From Candidatus Micrarchaeia archaeon (GTDB lineage Archaea; Micrarchaeota; Micrarchaeia; Anstonellales; Bilamarchaeaceae), in NCBI GenBank assembly GCA_050303335.1, contig JBNLBN010000003.1, positions 1 through 55,514 on the forward strand: DNA of 55,514 bases, written 5' to 3'. The position numbers were made by a program, and so were the translations under genes. This document shows positions 26,678-36,275 of this stretch, piece by piece (the first letter of the stretch is position 1; the number at the start of each line of letters is the position of its first letter). A model generated the notes under the pieces. It had not been told where the DNA came from. It did not search any database and worked only from the letters and a program-made list of their open reading frames with translations.

Positions 26678-27862
26678 ATGAAAAAACTTCTTATCGCCGC
26701 ATGTCTTGCAGGATGTGCAACCGGCCCTGCACCGTATGAGCCTTCAGCTCCTCGGCAATGGGTGAAAAAACCTGCTGTAGAGGAACTTTCAAAATATGAT
26801 TATTCCTCTGAAAACGGACTGTTCAGCGCATCAAAAAGACAGTTTGGCAAATATGAGATAAATATAATCAGCAATGTTCCGGAATTCAGGAACCCTTCCC
26901 TTCTTGATCTGGATGAAGGAAGGATGTACTTTGGAGAGTTCAAAAATGCATTCAGACGATTCGAGGAAGACGATTTGATGATAACATGGAAATCAGTCGT
27001 TATGGGGGCCGTGGCAGGAGAAGAAACTCAAGCGGTAATTGCCCTGGTAAACAGTGAAGGCGCAGCCAGGTTTCCTGAATTTGATGAATTGTTGGTGGAG
27101 TTAAGCGGCAAGAAACCGACAGGATTCAAAATTGCCCAGACAGAATATTTGGACAGGAACAACAGAATGAATAGATTCTCCAATATCATGACGTCATATT
27201 TTATCCCTGAAGATGGTATCGGGAAGGGGGAATGGGGCCAATTAGGAATAGGAATCACGTTCGATGCAGTATCGGAAAGGCGGGAAGCTGGCATTGTTCT
27301 GATACCTGAAAGAATCGAAGCTCTGGAAGAAAAAATTGGAAAATCAATGAGCATATCCACTACAAGTTCATTGGCGGAGTTTGTTAAAGGAACGCAATTG
27401 CAGGAAGTTCCGGCTACTTATGAGATACCTGGGTATGGAAAAATTGTCTATGATGGTAATAAAGTTGCTGTTTTGGCAGCTCAGTATTCAGAGGCTTTTG
27501 AAACGCCTGATTTCAAGCATGGCAGGGTCTGGATGGTCGATAAATCCGGGGCGATAATCATAATACCGGAAGGGCTGGATCAGGAAGGACAGGAGGTACT
27601 GATAGTAAAGATGAAAAAGCCAAAGGTGTATGTGGAGAGGACCTTTTTGAGGCCAAAAAAGGAACAGCAATTCGACCCGGAAATCGTAAAGGATGTTCCC
27701 AGAATATTATTCGTTTTAGATGAAAGCCTGAAAACGCTCCGAGCAATAGGTGAAAAAGCTGATAGCAGGGAGGAGAAGGAAGAGGTCCTTAGATCATTAG
27801 AAAATGAGGGTTTTGGTAAAGACGCTATAGACACTGTGAGAAAGGAATGGAATTTGGATTGA
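26678..27862 (+). CDS. Putative lipoprotein (394 aa)
   Basis: MKKLLIAACLAGCATGP has a lipobox-like LAGC. No other motif recognised. Confidence 0.6.
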   Translation: MKKLLIAACLAGCATGPAPYEPSAPRQWVKKPAVEELSKYDYSSENGLFSASKRQFGKYEINIISNVPEFRNPSLLDLDEGRMYFGEFKNAFRRFEEDDLMITWKSVVMGAVAGEETQAVIALVNSEGAARFPEFDELLVELSGKKPTGFKIAQTEYLDRNNRMNRFSNIMTSYFIPEDGIGKGEWGQLGIGITFDAVSERREAGIVLIPERIEALEEKIGKSMSISTTSSLAEFVKGTQLQEVPATYEIPGYGKIVYDGNKVAVLAAQYSEAFETPDFKHGRVWMVDKSGAIIIIPEGLDQEGQEVLIVKMKKPKVYVERTFLRPKKEQQFDPEIVKDVPRILFVLDESLKTLRAIGEKADSREEKEEVLRSLENEGFGKDAIDTVRKEWNLD

Positions 27863-27893
27863 TTTTTAATCACTTTTCCCTAATTTTGTCCCT

Positions 27894-30203
27894 ATGCTTT
27901 CTAAACGTTATGATAAATCCATAGAGGAGAAATGGCAGAATTACTGGGCGGAAAACGGCACGTATAACTTCGACGACAATTCGGATAAGGAGATCTACTC
28001 CATAGACACCCCTCCGCCTTTTACGAGCGGCGAGCTCCACATGGGCCACGTACTCTCATATTCCTTCTTCGACTTTGCTGCAAGATACAAGAGGATGAGG
28101 GGCTACAATGTCTATTATCCGCAGGGATGGGACACGCAGGGGTTTCCTACGGAAGTGAGGGTCGAGAAGAAATTCGGGAGACTGCCAAGGGAGCAGTTCA
28201 GGGAAAAATGCATCGAATGGACCCATGAGATGATAGCAAGGATGAAGGAGCAGATGCAGGAGATGGGATTCTCCCCTGACTGGAGATTCGAATACAGGAC
28301 AATGGATCCGGAATACCACAAAAAAGTCCAGATGTCCCTCATCAAAATGTACAATGACAAGCTGGTATACATGGACAAGTATCCTGTATACTGGTCACCT
28401 GAACTGGGTTCAGCAGTTGCTAAGGCCGAGCTGGAAGACGTCCAGAAGCAGGGAACGATCTGGGACATAAAATTCAAGGGGCCTGAAGGAGAAGACCTGA
28501 TAATTGCAACTACAAGGCCCGAGATGCTCCATGCATGCGGAGCGATACTTTATTCGCCTGAGGACGAACGGTACAAGCATCTTAACATGAAGAAAGCAAC
28601 CACTCCGCTCGGGCATACTGTTCCAATAATAGCTGACAGGGAAGTTGACAAGGAATTCGGATCCGGGCTTGTCATGGTCTGTACATTCGGTGACAAGATG
28701 GACGTCGTCTGGATGCACAGGCACGAGCTTCCGCTGAAGCAGGTCATTGACTACAATGGCAGGATGATCAATTCCGGGGAGCTTGACGGGCTCAAGGTGG
28801 AGGAAGCAAAAAAGAAGATGATCGAGCTACTTGGGGACAAGGTGGTTTCATCAAAGCCTTTGACGCAGACAGTAAAAGTACATGACAGGTCGAAGAAGCC
28901 TGTTGAATTGCTTCCGTCGCTCCAGTGGTTTGCCGACATCAGGAAGACAGGATCTAAAATCAAGGAGATGGCGCAAAAGATCAAATGGGTCCCTGAATTC
29001 GGGATATCATATCTTATTGACTGGGTGGAGGGTGCAGAATGGGACTGGGTAATTTCCAGGCAGAGGGTATTCGGTACTCCGCTTCCGTTCTATCTTTGCG
29101 AGTGCGGAAAGACTGCTGCTGCAGACGAACTCCCATTCTATCCTGAGAAGGCGAAGGAGAAAAAATGCGAGTGCGGGAAAATGATGAAGCCTGAGATTTC
29201 GACATGCGACTGCTGGGTCGATTCATCGATTTCTCCATTGATAATAGCAGGCTGGCCCGATGAAGAAAAAATGAAGAGGTTCTATCCTGCATCATTGAGG
29301 CCGCAGGGCGTGGAGATCGTGCGGACATGGGCTTTCTACACGATATTCAGGAGCGGCGTTGCGCTTACGGGGATTCCTCCTTTTGATACCATACTCCTTA
29401 ACGGGAATGTGCTTGCTCCCGACGGAAAGAAGATGAGCAAATCAATCGGCAATGTCATTACTCCAAAGGAGATACTACGGGAATACCCCGTCGATGCTGT
29501 GCGCCAGTGGGCTGCAATGAGCGGTGCTATGGCAAAGGACAGGCCGTTCTCATACGAGGACATAAAATACTCGAAGAGCTTTTTGACGAAAATCTGGAAC
29601 GCTGCAAAATTCGTCCAGGGAATGGGTAATGCCGAGAAGACAGAACTGACAATGGTCGATCGATGGATAATTGGAAGGCTGAACGAAACGATCAGGGATG
29701 TTACCGAATCGATGGAAAAATACGAATACCACAAGGCGATTACAAGGATCCAGTCATTCTTCTGGGGAGAATTCTGCGACTATTACCTGGAATACGTGAA
29801 GCACAGGGTATACAACAACATGCCATCAAAAAACGCTGCACTCTATACTTTGAACAAGGTGCTCCATGACACGATAAGGATAATTGCACCGATTGCTCCG
29901 CATATGGCAGAGGAGATAAATGCAATTTATTCAGATAAGCCTGTGCACCTGCAGGGATGGCCTGAGGGGGGAGAACTGTATCCTGAAGATGTCGAAAAAG
30001 TGAAGGTAATGAATGAGATCGTGTCTTTGATCAGGCAGCACAAGTCCAACAACAAGATGGCGCAGAATGCCGAACTTGAAAGGCTAACAATATCGACCCC
30101 CCAAAAACTGGATGATGAACTGATTGAGGAACTGAAAGAAATCAGCAAGATAAAAGAAGTGGAAAATGTCGAGGGGGAAATATCACTGGGGAATAACCCT
30201 TGA
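27894..30203 (+). CDS. valS: Valyl-tRNA synthetase (short archaeal form)
   Basis: Class Ia HIGH region PPPFTSGELHMGHV, CP1 editing region, KMSKS (GKKMSKSIGNV) and an anticodon-binding helical domain. Distinguished from the IleRS at 30683..33496 by size and motif context. The Val versus Leu call is from overall similarity by eye. Confidence 0.85.
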   Translation: MLSKRYDKSIEEKWQNYWAENGTYNFDDNSDKEIYSIDTPPPFTSGELHMGHVLSYSFFDFAARYKRMRGYNVYYPQGWDTQGFPTEVRVEKKFGRLPREQFREKCIEWTHEMIARMKEQMQEMGFSPDWRFEYRTMDPEYHKKVQMSLIKMYNDKLVYMDKYPVYWSPELGSAVAKAELEDVQKQGTIWDIKFKGPEGEDLIIATTRPEMLHACGAILYSPEDERYKHLNMKKATTPLGHTVPIIADREVDKEFGSGLVMVCTFGDKMDVVWMHRHELPLKQVIDYNGRMINSGELDGLKVEEAKKKMIELLGDKVVSSKPLTQTVKVHDRSKKPVELLPSLQWFADIRKTGSKIKEMAQKIKWVPEFGISYLIDWVEGAEWDWVISRQRVFGTPLPFYLCECGKTAAADELPFYPEKAKEKKCECGKMMKPEISTCDCWVDSSISPLIIAGWPDEEKMKRFYPASLRPQGVEIVRTWAFYTIFRSGVALTGIPPFDTILLNGNVLAPDGKKMSKSIGNVITPKEILREYPVDAVRQWAAMSGAMAKDRPFSYEDIKYSKSFLTKIWNAAKFVQGMGNAEKTELTMVDRWIIGRLNETIRDVTESMEKYEYHKAITRIQSFFWGEFCDYYLEYVKHRVYNNMPSKNAALYTLNKVLHDTIRIIAPIAPHMAEEINAIYSDKPVHLQGWPEGGELYPEDVEKVKVMNEIVSLIRQHKSNNKMAQNAELERLTISTPQKLDDELIEELKEISKIKEVENVEGEISLGNNP

Positions 30204-30659
30204 AGTAATCCGCCCTGCAACTACATGTTCAGTTGTCCCGCAATCCTCCCCGATTTCAGATGCGCATGAAACGTAGGAGAAATTGCCGACAAACCTCTTG
30301 ATGTCGCCTTCTGGAACGTCAATCGGGACATCTGCAGTGAACGTCGTGTTCGAGCCGCTCTCCAGTTGTGCATTGCTAGGAAGGCCCGTCAATTCATAGC
30401 CGTCAGTCGTCCGGATGTTGATTTCGGTAATTCTTATCCTGTAGGGGAATGCGTTGAACACGGTTACGCCAAGCTTTGTTCCGCCCTCGTTGTACATTGC
30501 AACCTTGCATGGCAGGTTGTTCCCGAAATTGCACTCTTCTGAAATGAGATATGTAGGCGAGAGTATTCCTGTGGTCATGATCACTCCAACGACTATTACG
30601 AGAGCAAGGATCGCCCATCCGTAGGTCATCAAATATTCGACTGCTGCTTGGCCTTTCAT
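30183..30659 (-). CDS. Archaeal type IV pilin-like protein (class III signal peptide)
   Basis: MKG|QAAVEYLMTYGWAILALVIVVGVIM. Its 3' end overlaps the valS 3' end by 21 nt, convergently. Confidence 0.65.
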   Translation of the reverse strand: MKGQAAVEYLMTYGWAILALVIVVGVIMTTGILSPTYLISEECNFGNNLPCKVAMYNEGGTKLGVTVFNAFPYRIRITEINIRTTDGYELTGLPSNAQLESGSNTTFTADVPIDVPEGDIKRFVGNFSYVSCASEIGEDCGTTEHVVAGRITSRVIPQ

Positions 30660-30682
30660 GCATGATCAACCCATATTAACTA

Positions 30683-33496
30683 TTAATTCTTTTTGATTTC
30701 GATCTTCACGATCCTTCCGTCGATCTTGTATTCCTTCATGGAATCGGATTCTCCGAATTCCAGGGACTTCGAATTGGTCTCGGCCATGATATCCTTTTCA
30801 TGCCTTTTTATTATCGATTCTGTCTCCTTTTCCGTTGAGATCGTCACTGCTATGTTGTCCGATTCCACAAGGGAGGCATCCTTTCTTAGCATCTGGATCC
30901 TCCTCTTTATCTCGTTCGCCATCCCTTCCTCGTAAAGGTCTTCCCCGATATGCTTGTCGATATGCACGGTTCCCTTCTCGAACTCGGTCGATGCCATCTC
31001 TCCGTGCGGCTTCTCTTCGACCACTTTCACTTCCTTGGAATTCACCAACGCAGTGATGGTCTCGGAGAATGCTGTGACAGCATCCTGGATCTCGTGAGAC
31101 TTGGATTCTATGTAAAGGGTCTTGATCGGCCATCTTACCTTTATCCCTGCATCCTGCCTTGCAAGCATTGCTGTTGAAACAATGTCCTTCACTGTTTCCA
31201 CCTGCTTCTCATAAAGCACGTTTATCACGTTCTGGTCCATGGTCTCCAGCTTTATCAGGCTGATCGAATCCTCCTTCTCGAACTTCTTGAAGAAGCGGAG
31301 ATACAGGTGTTCTGATATCATTGGAGCGATGCAGCTAAGCATTTTCAGGGACGAGAGCATTACTGTGTAGATGACAAAGAGTGCTCCTCCGGCATTCTGC
31401 TTTGCCGAGATCCTCTCCTTTGCAAGCTTCATGTAGAACCTGCTCACATCTTCGGTAATAAAATATCTGAGCGCCTTTGCAGCCCTGTTCAGTTCGTAAT
31501 TCTCGAATGATTCCCGGAACACTTTTATCGTGGAATTCAGCCTGCTCAGCATCCATTTGTCAAGAAGCGTCAGTTCTGCATTTTCCACTTTCCCTTGCGG
31601 ATGGAACCTTTCTAAGAAGGTCACCATGTTGAATATTATGTTGAGATCGGATGATGCCTTTTTCATCTCGTCCCAGCTGAATTTGAGCTCTTCCCAGACT
31701 GCATTCGAGATGCTCCAGAGCCTGAAGCTGTCGGCGCCGTATTTTTCCAGGATGTCCTCAATCGGAATGAAGTTCCCCACGGACTTGCTCATCTTCTCCC
31801 CTTTCTCGTCGACGAAGAATCCATGCATCAGAAGCCTCTTGTAAGGGCATGTTCCGTTCCTTACAATGCCCGAACCCAGAAGCGAATAGAACCATCCTCT
31901 TATCTGGTCCTGTCCTTCGAGAATCAGGTCTGCACGCTCGCCGTATTTCTTTGAATCTTCATCGCTAAGGGGCGCCCAGATGGCATTCCCAGAATCGAAC
32001 CAGACATCAAGAACATCGGGGATTCTCTTCATCTTTGAGCCGCAGCTGCATTCAAGGAGGATATCATCGACATATGGCCTGTGGAGTTCCTTAACCTCCG
32101 GCAGCTCGTCCCTTGATGATATTACTTTTATGTTCCCGCAGACGCATTTCCAGATCGGAAGGGGAATACCCCAGTACCTCTGCCTTGATATGCACCAGTC
32201 AGGGGCATTTGTTACAAACAGCTTGAACCTCTCCTTCGCGAAATCAGGATGCCATTCTGTCCTGTCGATCTCGTTGTGCATCTGGTCCTTAAGTTTCGAT
32301 ACTGAAATGAACCATTGGTTCGTTGTAATGTAGATGAGGGGGGTCTTGCATCTCCAGCAATGGGGATACCTGTGTTTTATCCTCGCCTCATAAAGCAGAA
32401 GCCCCTTCTCCTTCAGGAGGTCTATTATAAGTGGATTTGCAGCACGGACGTTCTTGTCCTTGAATGCCCCCTCCGTGTAGCAGCCGTTCCCGTCCACAGG
32501 ACAGTATGGCTCGATGCCGAACCTTTTTCCGATTATGAAATCCTCCGGTCCGTGGCCGGGAGCCATGTGTACAAGTCCGGATCCGTCCTCGAGAGTCACG
32601 TATTCGTCGGAAAGCACCACGATCCTCTTTGCTTCCTTTGCAATTTTATCCTGGAACGGGTGGCTGTACTCAATGTCCTTGAGCTTCCTTCCGGGAAGCT
32701 CCTCGATTATTGTAGCGCTCTTTTCAGTTATCTCCATGAGATGGTCAAGCCTGTCTTTGGCTATGTACCATATCTCATCGTCCACCTTGGCCTTGACATA
32801 TGAATAAGTCGGATGGACCATTACGCCCATGTTGGCAACAAGCGTCCACGGTGTCGTTGTCCAGATGATGAGGAATTCCTTGTCGTTGACAGGGAATTTG
32901 ACATAGATACTCGGATCGGTCTCGTCGTCATATTCAAGTTCGTAGTTGGCAAGGGTGGTCTCGCAGCGGTAGCAATAGGGAAGCACATACACGCCCTCTG
33001 TGAGGAGGCCCTTCTCGCTTGCCTGTGCGATTGTCCTCCACGACGAATTGATGTATTCGTCCTTGTATGTTATATACGGATTTTCATAATCCATCCAGAT
33101 TCCAAGCGACTTGAACTGGTTTCCCATGATTTCGATGTATTTGGTTGCGAATTCCTTGCATTTCTGTATGAACTTTTCTATACCGTATTTCTCGATGTCT
33201 GCCTTGTTCCTGAACTTGAGTTCCTTCTCGACCTTGACTTCTATCGGGAGTCCGTGTGTGTCGTATCCTGGCTGTGCCCGGACATCCTTTCCTATAATCC
33301 GCTGGTACCTGCAGACCGAATCCTTGAGTGTCTTGTTCCAGCCGGTTCCTGGGTGAATCTGGCCTGTGGCATAAGGCGGGCCGTCGCAGAAATAAAAGCT
33401 GTCATTTCCAGAGTTCCTGTCTTTGACCTTCTTGTATATCTCTTTTTTATCCCAGTATTCAAGCACTTCTTTTTCTACTTCCTTGTGATCGTACAT
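30683..33496 (-). CDS. ileS: Isoleucyl-tRNA synthetase
   Basis: GPPYATGQIHPGTGWNK (HIGH-type), TTTPWTL, WCISRQRYWG, KMSKSVGN and Zn-type Cys pairs (CYRCETT, CWRCKTP, CVCG...CSCG). Confidence 0.95.
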   Translation of the reverse strand: MYDHKEVEKEVLEYWDKKEIYKKVKDRNSGNDSFYFCDGPPYATGQIHPGTGWNKTLKDSVCRYQRIIGKDVRAQPGYDTHGLPIEVKVEKELKFRNKADIEKYGIEKFIQKCKEFATKYIEIMGNQFKSLGIWMDYENPYITYKDEYINSSWRTIAQASEKGLLTEGVYVLPYCYRCETTLANYELEYDDETDPSIYVKFPVNDKEFLIIWTTTPWTLVANMGVMVHPTYSYVKAKVDDEIWYIAKDRLDHLMEITEKSATIIEELPGRKLKDIEYSHPFQDKIAKEAKRIVVLSDEYVTLEDGSGLVHMAPGHGPEDFIIGKRFGIEPYCPVDGNGCYTEGAFKDKNVRAANPLIIDLLKEKGLLLYEARIKHRYPHCWRCKTPLIYITTNQWFISVSKLKDQMHNEIDRTEWHPDFAKERFKLFVTNAPDWCISRQRYWGIPLPIWKCVCGNIKVISSRDELPEVKELHRPYVDDILLECSCGSKMKRIPDVLDVWFDSGNAIWAPLSDEDSKKYGERADLILEGQDQIRGWFYSLLGSGIVRNGTCPYKRLLMHGFFVDEKGEKMSKSVGNFIPIEDILEKYGADSFRLWSISNAVWEELKFSWDEMKKASSDLNIIFNMVTFLERFHPQGKVENAELTLLDKWMLSRLNSTIKVFRESFENYELNRAAKALRYFITEDVSRFYMKLAKERISAKQNAGGALFVIYTVMLSSLKMLSCIAPMISEHLYLRFFKKFEKEDSISLIKLETMDQNVINVLYEKQVETVKDIVSTAMLARQDAGIKVRWPIKTLYIESKSHEIQDAVTAFSETITALVNSKEVKVVEEKPHGEMASTEFEKGTVHIDKHIGEDLYEEGMANEIKRRIQMLRKDASLVESDNIAVTISTEKETESIIKRHEKDIMAETNSKSLEFGESDSMKEYKIDGRIVKIEIKKN

Positions 33497-33591
33497 TTAC
33501 GCTACCTCGAATTAGACTTAACTATGAGAGCAAAAGTCTTTTTATTCTTGAGGAAAAGGATATAAAAACATTTTCTATCACTAATTACACC

Positions 33592-34584
33592 ATGAAATTC
33601 AGGAATCTTACTAAAATTACCAGAAAAATGCCCGCGAAGGCATTTTTGGGGGCAGCTTTGCTTGCAGCATGCAGCGAATATCCGGGCATTCCGCCTGCAA
33701 GCCCGATCCCAAAGGGCGCAGAAGTCCAGGAGGCTGAAACGCCGAAAGAGAAGGCTGCGGATGAGGCAGTCGGAGAGATCGAACTCGGCGGGATAGAGAC
33801 CATCGATATGAGCGAAAGGCTTGCAAGGCTTTCTGAAAAGTACAACGTCGGAACATTCGCCGAGAATGTCAATGCCCTATTCAATGGTATGAACCAGTAT
33901 GCCAAGGACGGCGTGAAGGCGAAAAAGATGGACGGTCTTCCGCCAAGGACCGCTGAAGAAGCGCTTGATCAGGGAGGAGACTGTACTGATCTTGCAAGGA
34001 TCGTGATACCCATCCTCAAGGATTGGGGGGTTCCGGGCGGGGCACTCATAGTCAAATTCGAGGGGAAGGAGGAACTCCACATGGTTCCCTATGTTGAACT
34101 TGACGGGAAGAAGACGATAATTGACCTGCAGGTCAAGGAACTTGGAAAGACCGCATATGGAAGCTACGCTGTTGTCCATGACCTCACTTACGACCAGTCA
34201 TCCTACATGTACCATGCCGAGATGGGAGACTATTACCTTGACAAGAAGGATTACATGAAGGCTGCAGGATCATACGAAAAGGCTATCGACAGTTACGGGC
34301 AGGACTCCTACGTGCTTTACAACCTGGGAATCTGCCATCAGCAGATGGACGAACATGACATTGCAGTGGGCTATTTCGAGGCGGCAAGCAAGCTGAATCC
34401 GGAATACAGGCAGATGTACCAGAGGGCAAAATTCAACTCAGAGGCCCAGAAAGCAATGCAGGCAGCAGAAAGCGGAGATATGGAAGGCTGCATAAAGCAC
34501 GGAAAAGCTGCGCTGGAGAACCAGAAGGAAGAAAAATACAGAGCCCCCCTTGAGAAGCTCGTAGAGCAGTGTAAAGGCAATTAG
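33592..34584 (+). CDS. Lipoprotein with a transglutaminase-like Cys protease core and C-terminal TPR repeats
   Basis: Lipobox-like LLAAC. GGDCTDLARIVIPILKDWGVPG...LHMVPYVEL...TIIDLQ gives the Cys-His-Asp pattern. TPR-like YHAEMGDYYLDKKDYMKAAGSYEKAIDSYGQDSYVLYNLGICH. Confidence 0.6.
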   Translation: MKFRNLTKITRKMPAKAFLGAALLAACSEYPGIPPASPIPKGAEVQEAETPKEKAADEAVGEIELGGIETIDMSERLARLSEKYNVGTFAENVNALFNGMNQYAKDGVKAKKMDGLPPRTAEEALDQGGDCTDLARIVIPILKDWGVPGGALIVKFEGKEELHMVPYVELDGKKTIIDLQVKELGKTAYGSYAVVHDLTYDQSSYMYHAEMGDYYLDKKDYMKAAGSYEKAIDSYGQDSYVLYNLGICHQQMDEHDIAVGYFEAASKLNPEYRQMYQRAKFNSEAQKAMQAAESGDMEGCIKHGKAALENQKEEKYRAPLEKLVEQCKGN

Positions 34585-35267
34585 AAGACTTTTTCTCCTA
34601 CATAGACCTTGAAGCCCTGCGGGGTCACCTTGAAGGGTACCAGGTCCCTTGAGTGGTCGGTACCTCTCATCTTGAATATTTCAAGTGCCCTCACACGCCT
34701 GTCTTCCCTGTCGATGTTGTAGAGGTTGATGATTCCATCCATAACGAAATGCTCGATATCGAATTTCATCTCTTCCCTCTTTGCGGTGCTTGCCTCTACT
34801 GTAGTGATCGATGTCACATCCAGATTCCGAAGGAGCGAGAGGAACTCGAAAAGGGTCTGCCTGTACTCTATTTCTGAACCGAATGACATCCTGATCATGG
34901 TTGCAGAATCGATAATCGCCCGTTTTATCCCGTTGTTGGTTATCCTGTCCTCGAGAAGGTTCGCGACGTCTTCCAGGTCGAGCTTGTCCGGTTTTACTAT
35001 CTCGATCTTCTTTTCTTCGACGAGCTGGTTGGTCTGTGAGAGCATCGGGAATGTGCTCTGCATGTTCTCTAGGATGTCCTCGGTTGTTTCTTCGAGAGTA
35101 ATGTAAAGCCCGTTTTCGCCCATAAGGGCGCCCCTGTAGAGGAATTCAAAACAGAAGGAAGTCTTACCTGAACCGGGACCACCGTAGAGGGCAACGTGCC
35201 TTCCTGCCGGTATCCCGCCGTTAAGCATATCATCTAAACCTGAAATTCCTGTGACTACACGATCCAT
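34581..35267 (-). CDS. Single-domain KaiC/RecA-superfamily ATPase (COG0467)
   Basis: TGISGLDDMLNGGIPAGRHVALYGGPGSGKTSFCFEFLYRG...YITLEE has Walker A plus the KaiC-type EE. Confidence 0.85.
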   Translation of the reverse strand: MDRVVTGISGLDDMLNGGIPAGRHVALYGGPGSGKTSFCFEFLYRGALMGENGLYITLEETTEDILENMQSTFPMLSQTNQLVEEKKIEIVKPDKLDLEDVANLLEDRITNNGIKRAIIDSATMIRMSFGSEIEYRQTLFEFLSLLRNLDVTSITTVEASTAKREEMKFDIEHFVMDGIINLYNIDREDRRVRALEIFKMRGTDHSRDLVPFKVTPQGFKVYVGEKVF

Positions 35268-35327
35268 AATATCACTTTGTCTTATCTATCTAACAAAATT
35301 TAAATATCTTGGTTCAGAAGAAAAAGT

Positions 35328-36275
35328 ATGGAAGACATTCTACCATGGACAGAAAAATACAGGCCAAAAAAGCTCGATGAAGTTTCGGGACAGACCGAGA
35401 CAGTAATAAGCCTGAAGGCATTCGTAGAAAAAAAGAACATGCCGAACATGCTGTTTGCCGGTCCGCCCGGTGTCGGGAAGACCACGTGCGCCCTGGCGCT
35501 TGCAAAGGAGCTGTACGGAGAGCTGGCCGGAAACTTCCTTGAACTGAACGCCAGCGACGAGAGGGGGATAGACGTAGTAAGAGGGAGGATAAAGGATTTT
35601 GCGCGCAGCGTTTCACTTGGTGATGCTCCATTCAAGCTTATTTTCCTTGACGAAGGGGACGCACTTACAACGGATGCGCAGCAGGCGCTGCGAAGGACCA
35701 TGGAGGCCAATTCCAAGGTGACAAGATTCATAATTTCAGCAAACTATTCATCCAGGATAATAGAGCCGATACAGAGCAGGTGCGCGATCTTCAGGTTCAT
35801 GCCGCTGACACTGGAAGAGGTTAAGAAATCCCTGGAAAAGGTGGTTTCTGCAGAGGGGCTGAAAGTGAGCGATAGCGCATATGAAGCGATATTTTATGTT
35901 TCGGAAGGAGACATGAGGAAGTCCCTGAACCTGCTTCAGGGAGCTGCAATGCATTCCAAGAACATCGACGAGAAGCTTGTCCACAAGATAAGCAGCCGGG
36001 CGATGCCCAAGGAGATACACGGCATGGTGGATCTTGCGATCAAGGGGAAATTCCTCGAATCCAGGGAGAACCTGGACAAGCTGATAATATCGTACGGCTT
36101 AAGTGGCGAGGACATACTTTTCCAGATCTACAGGGAGATACCTAAGCTTGAAGTGGATGAGAAGAAGAGGGTGGCGCTAATCGAAGCTGTCGGCGAATCG
36201 AACTTCCGCCTGGTCCAGGGAGCTAATGAAAGGATCCAGCTTGAGGCTCTTCTTGCAAAGTTGAGCTGTTTATGA
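35328..36275 (+). CDS. rfcS: Replication factor C small subunit
   Basis: PWTEKYRPKKLDEVSGQ, LFAGPPGVGKTT, IFLDEGDALT and SRC motif IQSRCAIFRF. Confidence 0.95.
   Translation: MEDILPWTEKYRPKKLDEVSGQTETVISLKAFVEKKNMPNMLFAGPPGVGKTTCALALAKELYGELAGNFLELNASDERGIDVVRGRIKDFARSVSLGDAPFKLIFLDEGDALTTDAQQALRRTMEANSKVTRFIISANYSSRIIEPIQSRCAIFRFMPLTLEEVKKSLEKVVSAEGLKVSDSAYEAIFYVSEGDMRKSLNLLQGAAMHSKNIDEKLVHKISSRAMPKEIHGMVDLAIKGKFLESRENLDKLIISYGLSGEDILFQIYREIPKLEVDEKKRVALIEAVGESNFRLVQGANERIQLEALLAKLSCL

Noticed and set aside
5083-36275. Inteins in the large AAA, aaRS, RFC or PPase genes
   Set aside because: All of these proteins read continuously through their conserved motifs, with no inserted Cys/Ser...HN splicing blocks. 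The only LAGLIDADG sequence is the free-standing ORF at 3855..4655.
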